Assembly (NCBI GenBank): GCA_011389985.1
Contig: JAABTH010000009.1
Span: forward strand, 32,837-96,836
DNA: 64,000 nt
Direction: 5' to 3'
DNA from: Bacillota bacterium
Lineage (GTDB): Bacteria; Bacillota; Dethiobacteria; DTU022
A program made the translations under genes and the position numbers. The notes below the pieces were generated by a model. That model had not been told where the DNA came from, did not search any database, and worked only from the letters and a program-made list of their open reading frames with translations. Below, piece by piece: positions 55,671 to 64,000 of this stretch. Each line of letters starts with the position of its first letter. Positions within the stretch are counted from its first letter, which is position 1.

Positions 55671-56285
55671 TTAGAGAATCGGATTGATCAAATGAGGGGT
55701 TACAAGCATTTCTATGAAGGCCGCCGCCAGAAGAAGGATCACAACCAGGGGAATAACAGAAATAGCCTCTTTCCAGATATAGCGAAAACTCTGCATCCGG
55801 TTTCTGCCAGGCAGCGGAGAGGCAATACAGTGATAACCGAATTTCAGGCCGATTGCTCCGCATAAAAAGAAAGCAAAAAGCTCGAATATGCCGTGCGGAA
55901 GTATGCCAAGTACTACTATAGGCAAAAGCGGCACACCTTCCTGAACTGAAATTGACAGAATTACTCCAATCAGGGCACCGTTTACTCCAAGAGTAAAGAG
56001 CGGTGAAATGCCTGCAATTACTCCCAGAATTAGCATTTGGGCCATGGAAAGAAAGTTATTCATAAATATTAGCAGGGCGCTGACAAGGGAATTAGCCTCC
56101 AAAAGCATTGAAAAGATTCCTAACATTTCTTCCAACTGGGGATCTTCAGTTAATTCGACCCCGGCAGGAGAGATAGTTGTGGTCATATAAAAAGCAACTG
56201 TAGAGGCCATAAAAATTATAAACGCCATTAATATCCAGCTGAGATTATCTCTGAGCACTTGTTTTACCGGAAAAAATATCATCAT
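55671..56285 (-). CDS. SpoIIM/DUF95-family membrane protein
   Basis: IFMNN, NG..IG, LGILPHGIFEL, LLAAFIE motifs. Confidence 0.82.
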   Translation of the reverse strand: MMIFFPVKQVLRDNLSWILMAFIIFMASTVAFYMTTTISPAGVELTEDPQLEEMLGIFSMLLEANSLVSALLIFMNNFLSMAQMLILGVIAGISPLFTLGVNGALIGVILSISVQEGVPLLPIVVLGILPHGIFELFAFFLCGAIGLKFGYHCIASPLPGRNRMQSFRYIWKEAISVIPLVVILLLAAAFIEMLVTPHLINPIL

Positions 56286-56330
56286 AATCCTGCTTTCAGG
56301 AAGATTTTTTCAAAAGAATCTTTGACACTA

Positions 56331-56359
56331 ATCATACCAGAAGTAGGTTGAGGGGTAAA
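56331..56359 (-). promoter_or_regulatory. sigma-A-like promoter for the SpoIIM-family gene
   Basis: On the minus strand, TTTACC-17 bp-TATGAT with TGn extension. Confidence 0.5.
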
Positions 56360-56362
56360 CAG

Positions 56363-58564
56363 ATGCACCAATATGCAGAAATTATCATAGATCTGGTCAG
56401 CAATGCTGTCGATCAGCCATTTCATTACCGTATTCCCCCTGAATTGAGAGCAAAAATTGTTCCCGGTATCAAAGTAAAGGTTCCCCTGGGTAACCGGCAA
56501 ACAGAAGGTTATGTTTTACGTCTTCTTAAAAAAACTTCAATAGAGCCCCTGCGTGACATAATTGCAATCAGCGACCCCGAGCCGCTTCTTACCGTGGAGC
56601 AGTTATCACTTTTAAGCTGGCTTTCAAATCGATACTACTGCCGCAAAATTGATGCTCTTAATGCTATGGTGCCTGCATCGTTCAGGCAGGGCAAAAGACC
56701 AAAAAAGCCGCAATTGATCAAAGTATCAGATCTCGGGGCAAAATTTGATTTAAGTCGCGCTCCGGCTCAGAAAGAAGCGATTGATCTTCTGCTTTCAAAA
56801 GGCCCTTATTCCCGCAAAAAACTTGAAGAGGCGGGTGTGAGCGCATCAACAATTCGCACTCTTGAGAAGCGGGGATTAATCGAATATATTTCCTCTACCT
56901 ACACCCAGGTTAATAATAAGGAGCAAAAATCTCAGACACTTCCTCATGAACTCCACGAAGAACAGGCTAATTGCTTTAATCATATTGGTGAGGCTATGAG
57001 ACAGAAGAGGCCGAGGCGTATTCTTTTACACGGTATCACCGCCAGCGGAAAAACTGAAGTATATATGCAAAGTATTGCTGCCTGCCTGGAAAAAAAAGAA
57101 ACAGCACTGGTTCTTGTTCCGGAAATAGCTCTCACTCCCCAGATGATTGATCACTTTGAGGGGCGTTTCCCCGGAAAGGTCTCTGTTTTGCACAGCCGTC
57201 TTACACCGGCTGAAAAAGCCCGTCACTGGGAGATGATTAAAAGTGGTGAAGCAAAAGTTGTTCTCGGCGCCCGCTCGGCAGTCTTTGCGCCCCTTAAGCA
57301 TATTGGCCTTATTGTCATTGACGAAGAACATGAAACTACCTACAAGCAGGAAGAGGCGCCCCGCTACCATGCCCGGGATGTAGCCTGGTGGCGGGCAAGG
57401 TACCACCGTGCGGTGCTGCTTCTCGGCAGCGCCACACCCTCGCTTGAAAGTTATTACCGGGCGACTGAAAGAGAAGACCTTCTCTTAAGCATGTCGGCGA
57501 GAGTAACACCGATTCAACTGCCACCTGTGCAGATTGTTGACATGCGCCGGGAACTGAAAGAAAATCACCGGAAAATTTTTAGCCGTATGCTTTTAGAAGA
57601 GCTGGAAGGAGTTATAGAACGCGATGAGCAGGCACTGCTCTTCATAAACCGCCGCGGATTTGCCGGTTTTGTCCTCTGCCGTGAATGTGGTTATGTTGTG
57701 CGCTGTCCGTCATGTGATGTATCACTGACCTTGCATCTCGACCGTCAGCTCATGTGCTGTCATTACTGCGGGCACGAATCGGCTGTTCCTCAAACCTGCC
57801 CCGATTGCGGTGGTATAAAAATTCGCTATTTTAGCGCCGGCACTCAGCGCGTGGAAGATGAAATAAAAAAACTCTATCCCCAGGTTTCACTGATTCGGAT
57901 GGACAGTGATACAACCACCAGCAGGCAGGCTCACAGCCGCTACTATCGCCAGTTTAGGGAACGCAAAGCCAGTATTTTGATCGGCACCCAGATGATTGCG
58001 AAGGGGTTTGATTTTCCCGATGTAACACTGGTTGGAGTTGTTGCTGCCGATACTGCTCTCAATCTTCCCGATTTCAGAGCTCCTGAGCGCACTTTTCAAC
58101 TTCTGACCCAGGTAGCGGGGCGCACAGCTCGCGGCGAACAGGGAGGTAAAGTGATTGTGCAGACTTATCATCCATCACATTACAGCATACTTGCTGCAGC
58201 CGCGCATGATTATCACTCTTTTTTCGAAGAGGAAATTGAAAAACGCCGGCAGTTGTCTTACCCGCCTTTTACAGATCTTATCCGCTTTCTTTTCAGCGGC
58301 AGTGACGAAAAGCTGGTTTTTGAAGCGGCATCATGGATGACTGCAATGCTGGAACCGGCAGTTGGCGCAGCTGAAATGCTGGGTCCTGCTCCTGCCTCAT
58401 TGTACAGAATCAAAGATATGTACCGCGTGCAAACTGTTTTAAAAGGCGAAGGCCTGACCAGGATCACCCCGAAAGTAAAGAAGGTAATCCGCGAATATCA
58501 CAGTCACAAGCCGTCGTGGCCTGTTCGCATGACAGTAGATTTTAACCCTTTGGTAGTGTTATAA
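56363..58564 (+). CDS. priA: Primosomal protein N'
   Basis: GITASGKTE, DEEH, YKQEEAPRYHAR, GSATPS, CxxC clusters, GTQMIAKG. Confidence 0.97.
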   Translation: MHQYAEIIIDLVSNAVDQPFHYRIPPELRAKIVPGIKVKVPLGNRQTEGYVLRLLKKTSIEPLRDIIAISDPEPLLTVEQLSLLSWLSNRYYCRKIDALNAMVPASFRQGKRPKKPQLIKVSDLGAKFDLSRAPAQKEAIDLLLSKGPYSRKKLEEAGVSASTIRTLEKRGLIEYISSTYTQVNNKEQKSQTLPHELHEEQANCFNHIGEAMRQKRPRRILLHGITASGKTEVYMQSIAACLEKKETALVLVPEIALTPQMIDHFEGRFPGKVSVLHSRLTPAEKARHWEMIKSGEAKVVLGARSAVFAPLKHIGLIVIDEEHETTYKQEEAPRYHARDVAWWRARYHRAVLLLGSATPSLESYYRATEREDLLLSMSARVTPIQLPPVQIVDMRRELKENHRKIFSRMLLEELEGVIERDEQALLFINRRGFAGFVLCRECGYVVRCPSCDVSLTLHLDRQLMCCHYCGHESAVPQTCPDCGGIKIRYFSAGTQRVEDEIKKLYPQVSLIRMDSDTTTSRQAHSRYYRQFRERKASILIGTQMIAKGFDFPDVTLVGVVAADTALNLPDFRAPERTFQLLTQVAGRTARGEQGGKVIVQTYHPSHYSILAAAAHDYHSFFEEEIEKRRQLSYPPFTDLIRFLFSGSDEKLVFEAASWMTAMLEPAVGAAEMLGPAPASLYRIKDMYRVQTVLKGEGLTRITPKVKKVIREYHSHKPSWPVRMTVDFNPLVVL

Positions 58565-58585
58565 TTTAAGCAAGAGGTGATACTA

Positions 58586-59068
58586 TTGGCTTTGCGAAAC
58601 ATACTGCACGATAACCATCCTGTTTTACGTAAGAAGACAGATAAAGTAAAGAACCTTAGCAGTGGTGTTTTACGCCTGCTTGATGATATGCGCGAAACTA
58701 TGAAAGATGCCAACGGAGTTGGTCTTGCTGCAAACCAGGTCGGAGTATCGAAGCGTATCCTCATCGCCGCTGACGGTGATGAGGTAATATATGAGTTGAT
58801 CAACCCACACTGCGAGAAGCGTGAAGGTGAAGGGATGGGCATTGAAGGCTGCCTTAGCGTTCCGCAGACCTATGGGGAGGTACCACGAGCGACAAAAGTA
58901 GTAGTAACCGCTATTGACCGCGAAGGCAAACCTTTTCGAATTACCGCCGAGGGGCTGCTGGCCAGGATCCTTCAGCACGAAATGGATCACCTTGAGGGCG
59001 TGCTTTTTACCGACAAGGCAGTGCGCTTTATTGATCCCGCTGAAATGCAGGAAGGGGAAGAGTCTTGA
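58586..59068 (+). CDS. def: Peptide deformylase
   Basis: GVGLAANQ, EGCLS, QHEMDHL; TTG 58586 after GAGGTG. Confidence 0.96.
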   Translation: MALRNILHDNHPVLRKKTDKVKNLSSGVLRLLDDMRETMKDANGVGLAANQVGVSKRILIAADGDEVIYELINPHCEKREGEGMGIEGCLSVPQTYGEVPRATKVVVTAIDREGKPFRITAEGLLARILQHEMDHLEGVLFTDKAVRFIDPAEMQEGEES

Positions 59069-60021
59069 CAGAACTCAAGCTTGTTTTTATGGGTACCCCA
59101 GCTTTTGCTCTGCCCTCCCTGGATCTCCTGCAGTTGTCTGAACACCGTATTGCCGGTCTGGTAACCCAACCGGATCGCCCCCGTGGGCGGGGCCGGCAGC
59201 TTAATCAGTCGCCAACTAAAAAGTGGGCTACAAAACAGGGAATTCAAATCTTCCAACCCGAAAATATAACAATGCCTGAATTTATAAAGTGGTTAAATGA
59301 AATAAAACCCGATCTTATCGTGACTGTTGCATATGGAAGGCTGCTCTCGAAAACATTACTTGATCTTCCTCCCCTCGGTTGTATTAATCTGCATGCTTCT
59401 TATCTGCCGGCCTATCGTGGCGCAGCGCCAATACACAGGGCTGTAATTGACGGCGCTGAGTCAAGTGGAGTTTCTGTCATTCAATTGACACAGGAGTTGG
59501 ATGGCGGAGATATTATCATGCAGGAAAAAGAAGAAATTTCATTTTATGACACAGCCGGTATGCTTCACGATCGTCTGGCAGTTCGCGGTGCCTCGCTGCT
59601 TGTGAATGCTGTCAATGCTCTTGCTGAAGAAATTGTGCAAAAAGTGCCTCAGGATCCTTTTCTGGTTACCTATGCTCCACCCCTGAAACCTTCTGATGAA
59701 AAACTAGGCTGGAACAATAGCGCTCTTGAAATTTATAACCGTATTCGTGGCTTAAACCCCTGGCCGGGAGCTTATACTACCCTGAGGGGTAAGAGAATAA
59801 AAGTATGGCAGTCTGTTCTGCCCGATATTGCTGAAAATGAAGCGGGCAAATCAGCTCCGGGAACTATCCTTGCCGCTGGTGAAGGCTCTCTTACGGTTTC
59901 TACAGGTAAAGGCGCAATAACTTTACTAAACCTTCAACCGGCCGGCAAAAAGGCAATGGATGCCGACGCATTTTGCTGCGGTTACCATATCGAACCGGGC
60001 GAACGCCTGGATGGAGAATAA
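59065..60021 (+). CDS. fmt: Methionyl-tRNA formyltransferase
   Basis: FMGTP, TQPDRPRGRG, INLHAS, GAAPI, IRGLNPWP. Confidence 0.97.
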   Translation: MTELKLVFMGTPAFALPSLDLLQLSEHRIAGLVTQPDRPRGRGRQLNQSPTKKWATKQGIQIFQPENITMPEFIKWLNEIKPDLIVTVAYGRLLSKTLLDLPPLGCINLHASYLPAYRGAAPIHRAVIDGAESSGVSVIQLTQELDGGDIIMQEKEEISFYDTAGMLHDRLAVRGASLLVNAVNALAEEIVQKVPQDPFLVTYAPPLKPSDEKLGWNNSALEIYNRIRGLNPWPGAYTTLRGKRIKVWQSVLPDIAENEAGKSAPGTILAAGEGSLTVSTGKGAITLLNLQPAGKKAMDADAFCCGYHIEPGERLDGE

Positions 60022-60024
60022 GTC

Positions 60025-61389
60025 GTGCCGGCGCGAAGCACCAGAACCGGGCAGGCCCGTGAAGCAGCCCTGAAAGCGCTGGTCCGTTTCGAAGAAGACA
60101 GGGCTTACTTAAACCTGATCCTGCCTTCAATAATTCGCAGTCTCTCTACTGACGAGAGATCTCTTGCAGTCCAGCTTGCTTCGGGAACTATCCAACGGCT
60201 GAACACTCTCGACTGGGTTATTAACCTTTATTCCAACCGAAAAATTGAAACAATGACCCCATGGATTCGTAACCTGCTTCGTCTCGGCGCGTACCAGTTA
60301 ATTTATCTTGATCGAGTGCCCGCATATGCCGCAATTAACGAATCGGTGCACCTGGCCGGGCGATACGGTCATAAAGGTGTTGCGCGTCTTACTAACGCAG
60401 TTCTGCGTAAAATTAGCCGCGAAGCCCGTAGCCTGCCCTGGCCGGATCCCACGCTTGATCAAACCGCATACCTTTCACTTCGCTACAGTATTCCTTTATG
60501 GCTTCTAAAAAAAATGCTTCGCCGTTTTGATTATGAAGAAGTCGGCAGATGGTGCCGGGCAGTTAATATCAAACCGGCCCTCTCAATTCGTCCGAACCTG
60601 CTTCGCATTAAAGCAGATGAGCTGATCATCAGGTTGGCAAACGAAGGGGTCGGTGCTGTTCACAGCCCTGTCGTGCCGGGTATGCTCAGGCTGCCGGAAG
60701 GCAGAATTTCACCGGCGGCAACAGCAGCATTTCGCAACGGTCTTTATACTGTGCAGGGTGAAAGTTCAGCCCTGGTTGCACCACTGCTTGATCCCAACCC
60801 TGGTGATATAGTAGTAGATCTGTGCAGCGCTCCGGGAGGTAAAACTACTCACCTGGCTGAATTAATGCATAATGAAGGTCTCGTCTATGCAGTTGAACTG
60901 CACCGGGCCCGTCTTGAACTGGTTAAAAAAGCAGCCGACCGTCTCGGAATAACTAATCTAGCGGCTCTAAACCTTGATGGCAGGACTCTTTCCAGCCGGG
61001 ATATTAAAACTCCCGGGGCGATTCTTGTTGATGCACCCTGTTCAGGCCTGGGAGTAATTGCACGCCTGCCCGAGATAAAGTGGCGCCGTTCGGAGGAAGA
61101 TATTCTTAAACTCCAAAAGCTGCAGCTTGAACTGCTTGAAGCCGCTGCAGGGATTTTGCCCGCCGGTGGGAAGCTGCTCTACTCTGTTTGTAGCACAGAA
61201 CCGGAAGAAACAAGCGCAGTTGTTGATACTTTTAATCGAACCTATAGTGGCTTTACAGCTGAACCAGTTGATTCCTTACTTCCGCCGGCCTTGCAGCAGG
61301 ATCAAGATCAAAGGCTTACAGCCACAACCTGGCCTCACCGGCACAACCTTGACGGCTTTTTTATCGCCCTCTGGAGAAAGGGGCATTAA
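60025..61389 (+). CDS. rsmB: 16S rRNA m5C967 methyltransferase
   Basis: NusB-like N-terminus, DLCSAPGGKT, VDAPCSGLG, YSVCS, DGFFIA. Confidence 0.96.
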   Translation: MPARSTRTGQAREAALKALVRFEEDRAYLNLILPSIIRSLSTDERSLAVQLASGTIQRLNTLDWVINLYSNRKIETMTPWIRNLLRLGAYQLIYLDRVPAYAAINESVHLAGRYGHKGVARLTNAVLRKISREARSLPWPDPTLDQTAYLSLRYSIPLWLLKKMLRRFDYEEVGRWCRAVNIKPALSIRPNLLRIKADELIIRLANEGVGAVHSPVVPGMLRLPEGRISPAATAAFRNGLYTVQGESSALVAPLLDPNPGDIVVDLCSAPGGKTTHLAELMHNEGLVYAVELHRARLELVKKAADRLGITNLAALNLDGRTLSSRDIKTPGAILVDAPCSGLGVIARLPEIKWRRSEEDILKLQKLQLELLEAAAGILPAGGKLLYSVCSTEPEETSAVVDTFNRTYSGFTAEPVDSLLPPALQQDQDQRLTATTWPHRHNLDGFFIALWRKGH

Positions 61390-61391
61390 TC

Positions 61392-61420
61392 TTGCCGTTA
61401 AGCATTTGCTTTGCTATACT
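61392..61420 (+). promoter_or_regulatory. sigma-A promoter for prpC-prkC-rsgA
   Basis: TTGCCG-17 bp-TATACT with TGn extension. Confidence 0.7.
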
Positions 61421-61463
61421 TAAGTAGATTAATTGCGTCTTACACAAATAGGAGGTTCTATCT

Positions 61464-62213
61464 TTGCAGGTAGCCGGAATAACCAACCAGGGTCTGGAAC
61501 GGACCCGCAATGAAGACAGCTGCTTTGCTGTTGCAGAGGCTGACTATGCTTTGCTGGTAGTTGCTGACGGAATGGGTGGCCACAGGGCCGGTAATGTTGC
61601 CAGTAAGCTTGCTGTTGAGACAGCAGAACAACTATGGCTTGAACTCGACCGGTCTACCCTGGTCAGCGTCGAAAAAGCCCGTAAGCTGATCGAAACTTTA
61701 CTGCTTAAAGCAAATAAAAAAATACTTGACGAATCAGAAAGCGTTTCCGACAGGCGGGGTATGGGTACAACCCTCACTGCAGGGCTGCTTTGTGGAAACT
61801 GTCTTACTATCGGCCATGTTGGTGATAGCAGGGCTTACATGGTTAATAAAGGCCAGATTTCTGTGCTTACGAAGGATCACTCTCTTCTCGAAAAGTTAAT
61901 TGAGACAGGACAGGTTAAGCCCGAAGAAGCTGATAATCACCCCCAGCGACATGTGCTCACCCGGGCTCTTGGTGTTTCTTCGGATTTGGAGATAGATATA
62001 ACTGAACTGGAAATAGAAGCGGGTTCTGTCTTAATTTTTTGCACCGACGGCCTTACAAACATGGTCAGCGACAATGAGATATTGGCATTATACAAAGAAA
62101 ACCGGGATCCGGAAACACTGGCTCAGGCGCTAATTGAACTGGCAAACTCCAGGGGCGGTATTGATAACATTACGGTGGCAATTGCATCTGATATTGGGGG
62201 TCCACAGGATTGA
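61464..62213 (+). CDS. prpC: PP2C-type Ser/Thr phosphatase (PrpC/Stp1)
   Basis: RNED, VADGMGGH, GMGTT, HVGDSRAY, CTDGL, GGIDNIT. Confidence 0.95.
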   Translation: MQVAGITNQGLERTRNEDSCFAVAEADYALLVVADGMGGHRAGNVASKLAVETAEQLWLELDRSTLVSVEKARKLIETLLLKANKKILDESESVSDRRGMGTTLTAGLLCGNCLTIGHVGDSRAYMVNKGQISVLTKDHSLLEKLIETGQVKPEEADNHPQRHVLTRALGVSSDLEIDITELEIEAGSVLIFCTDGLTNMVSDNEILALYKENRDPETLAQALIELANSRGGIDNITVAIASDIGGPQD

Positions 62214-63850
62214 TGGTCGGTAAAATATTGGCTGAACGCTACGAAATAATAGAAATAATTGCCGAGGGAGGGATGGCCCGTGTATACCGTGGTCTCGATC
62301 TCCTTCTCAAACGTACAGTTGCTGTAAAAGTATTAAAAGATCAAATGACAGGCGACGCTTCCTTTATTCGTCGCTTTGAACGCGAAGCCCAGTCGGCTGC
62401 GGCGCTTTCTCACCCGCATATAGTTAACATTTATGATGTTGGCGAAGAAGATGGTACCTATTTTATGGTTATGGAATACGTTGATGGCAAGAATCTGAAG
62501 GAGTATATCCGGGAGAAGGAAAAATTATCTGCTTCTGAAGCGATAAAAATTACCCGACAGATTGCTGAAGCGCTTGAACAGGCCCACGCGGCAGGAGTTA
62601 TTCACCGTGATATAAAGCCCCAAAATATCCTCTTTTCGAGAGAAGGTAAGGTTAAAGTAACCGATTTTGGCATTGCCATAGCCGGCGATGGGGTTACAGT
62701 AACTGTCGGAAACTCAATAATCGGTTCGGTTCAGTACATTTCACCGGAACAGGCCAGGGGCGAATTAGCGGGAAAACAGTCCGATCTTTACTCACTGGGT
62801 ATTGTCTTCTATGAAATGGTTACCGGTAAAGTGCCCTTTGATGCCGAAAGCCCCGTTGCTCTGGCAATGAAGCATATCCAGGAACAAATTGTTCCCCCGC
62901 GCAGACACGTTGAAAGCATTCCCGAAGCAGTTGAGCAAATTATTTTAAAGGCTGTTCAAAAGGATTCTGCGGAGAGGTACGGTACTGCAGGTGAAATGCT
63001 TGAAGATCTCAGTTTTGCTGAGAATAAAAACAGATCCGGAGTTACCCCTCCGCACTCCAGGTATAAAAAGGACAGCGATAACGATGATGGTGTGATTCTT
63101 AAACCGCCTGTGCCTGAACAAGAAAATTCTTCCGGTATCTTTTCTCCGCGGGTAAGAAGAAAATGGCTTAAACCACTCTTGTTTATTCTGCTGCTGGCAG
63201 TATTGCTTGGTGTTGCAGCTATGATCATCAGCGATTACCTTTACGTGCCGGAAATCGCCGTGCCCGAAGTGCGCGGTCTAAGCCAGAGCGATGCGGTACA
63301 GATGCTGCGTGATTTAGAACTTATCCCAAATGATGAAGTATTTTATATCCATGACAATGAAATTCAGGTTGGCAATGTTGTAAAAACCGATCCTCCGGAA
63401 GGACGTATTGTCCGAAAAGACAGGGTCATTGATCTTTATGTCAGTAAAGGACCCGAATTTATCATTACCCCTGATCTTACCGGCCGGACCGAAATGGAGG
63501 CCAGGGCTATTTTGGCTGATCTGGGCCTGATTATGGCTCCGGTCAGGGAATACAACGATGATATTCCTGAAGGTGAGATCTACCGACAGGTGCCCGGCGA
63601 ATCATTCCAGAGTTCACCCGGCGATGAAGTAGTGGTCTATGTCAGCCAGGGGCGCGGTCCTTTTCCAATAGCTAACTTAATCGGTTATTCCGAATCAGGT
63701 GCCATTGAGTACTTAAGAGAAAATGATCTGGTTCCTGTAGTGCGTTACCGCTTTTCGGTTGGTTCTGCCGGTCATGTAATGGAGCAGGTGCCTGCGCCGG
63801 GCGAAGAGGTTCTGCCGGGACAATTTGTCGACCTGCTTGTTGGTGAATAG
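62213..63850 (+). CDS. prkC: PASTA-domain Ser/Thr kinase (PrkC/PknB)
   Basis: VAVK, HRDIKPQN, DFG, SPEQ, one TM, three PASTA repeats; TGATG overlap with prpC. Confidence 0.96.
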   Translation: MVGKILAERYEIIEIIAEGGMARVYRGLDLLLKRTVAVKVLKDQMTGDASFIRRFEREAQSAAALSHPHIVNIYDVGEEDGTYFMVMEYVDGKNLKEYIREKEKLSASEAIKITRQIAEALEQAHAAGVIHRDIKPQNILFSREGKVKVTDFGIAIAGDGVTVTVGNSIIGSVQYISPEQARGELAGKQSDLYSLGIVFYEMVTGKVPFDAESPVALAMKHIQEQIVPPRRHVESIPEAVEQIILKAVQKDSAERYGTAGEMLEDLSFAENKNRSGVTPPHSRYKKDSDNDDGVILKPPVPEQENSSGIFSPRVRRKWLKPLLFILLLAVLLGVAAMIISDYLYVPEIAVPEVRGLSQSDAVQMLRDLELIPNDEVFYIHDNEIQVGNVVKTDPPEGRIVRKDRVIDLYVSKGPEFIITPDLTGRTEMEARAILADLGLIMAPVREYNDDIPEGEIYRQVPGESFQSSPGDEVVVYVSQGRGPFPIANLIGYSESGAIEYLRENDLVPVVRYRFSVGSAGHVMEQVPAPGEEVLPGQFVDLLVGE

Positions 63851-63864
63851 GGAGGTTATAATCG

Positions 63865-64000
63865 CTGGAAGGCAAAGTGGTCAAAGCGGCTGGAGGTTTT
63901 TTTACAGTCCGGACCGGTTCGGGAGAAGAATACCACTGCAAAGCCAGGGGATTACTTAAACGCGGCAATTCGGCTCTTATGGTGGGAGACCGGGTTATTT
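63865..64000 (+). CDS. rsgA: Ribosome small-subunit-dependent GTPase RsgA/CpgA, N-terminus only (truncated by the window edge)
   Basis: (M)EGKVVKAAGGFFTV...CKARG...VGDRV OB-fold start; canonical neighbour of prkC; only usable start is CTG. Confidence 0.85.
   Translation, partial: MEGKVVKAAGGFFTVRTGSGEEYHCKARGLLKRGNSALMVGDRVI

Noticed and set aside
62240-62290. PrkC glycine loop AEGGMA instead of GxGGM
   Set aside because: The first-Gly substitution is tolerated in many kinases, and the other catalytic motifs are intact
93-63968. Numerous 60-140 aa ORFs antisense to or frame-shifted within housekeeping genes (e.g. 2256-2681, 13171-13578, 30398-30793, 43789-44178)
   Set aside because: Fully nested in well-supported CDSs, with no SD or recognisable motifs; treated as shadow ORFs
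1-64000. Mobile elements, CRISPR arrays, rRNA/tRNA genes, parS, dif and LexA boxes
   Set aside because: No transposase or integrase, no spaced direct repeats, and no convincing motif matches found by eye

Overview
A 64 kb stretch of core Bacillota (Firmicutes) chromosome with clostridial-type gene order. The lineage is an inference from gene order, T-box/6S/sigma-H-type signals and anaerobic RNR. About 60 intact housekeeping genes: fdhD; a partial his/aro cluster; secDF-recJ-relA-dtd; aminoacyl-tRNA synthetases; 6S RNA; mgtE; a reduced dcw cluster; nrdR-nrdDG; the ylm/divIVA cluster; T-box-ileS; an inverted lspA-lgt-rluD block; rqcH; and yicC-remA-gmk-rpoZ-coaBC-priA-def-fmt-rsmB-prpC-prkC-rsgA. 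I saw no mobile element, CRISPR array, rRNA or tRNA. The standout is a single 1024-aa ORF fusing a complete HisRS to a complete AspRS through a 28-aa linker with no stop and no internal canonical start. Second, up to three genes appear to need non-canonical start codons (rsgA CTG, pgeF ATT/ATA, possibly yggT ATT), and TTG/GTG starts are common. Third, many genes usually found at these loci are absent: hisZG/HF/E, aroK, apt, murE, spoIIGA-sigE-sigG, sepF and rlmN. Many starts below are refined from the ORF track using SD position and family N-termini.
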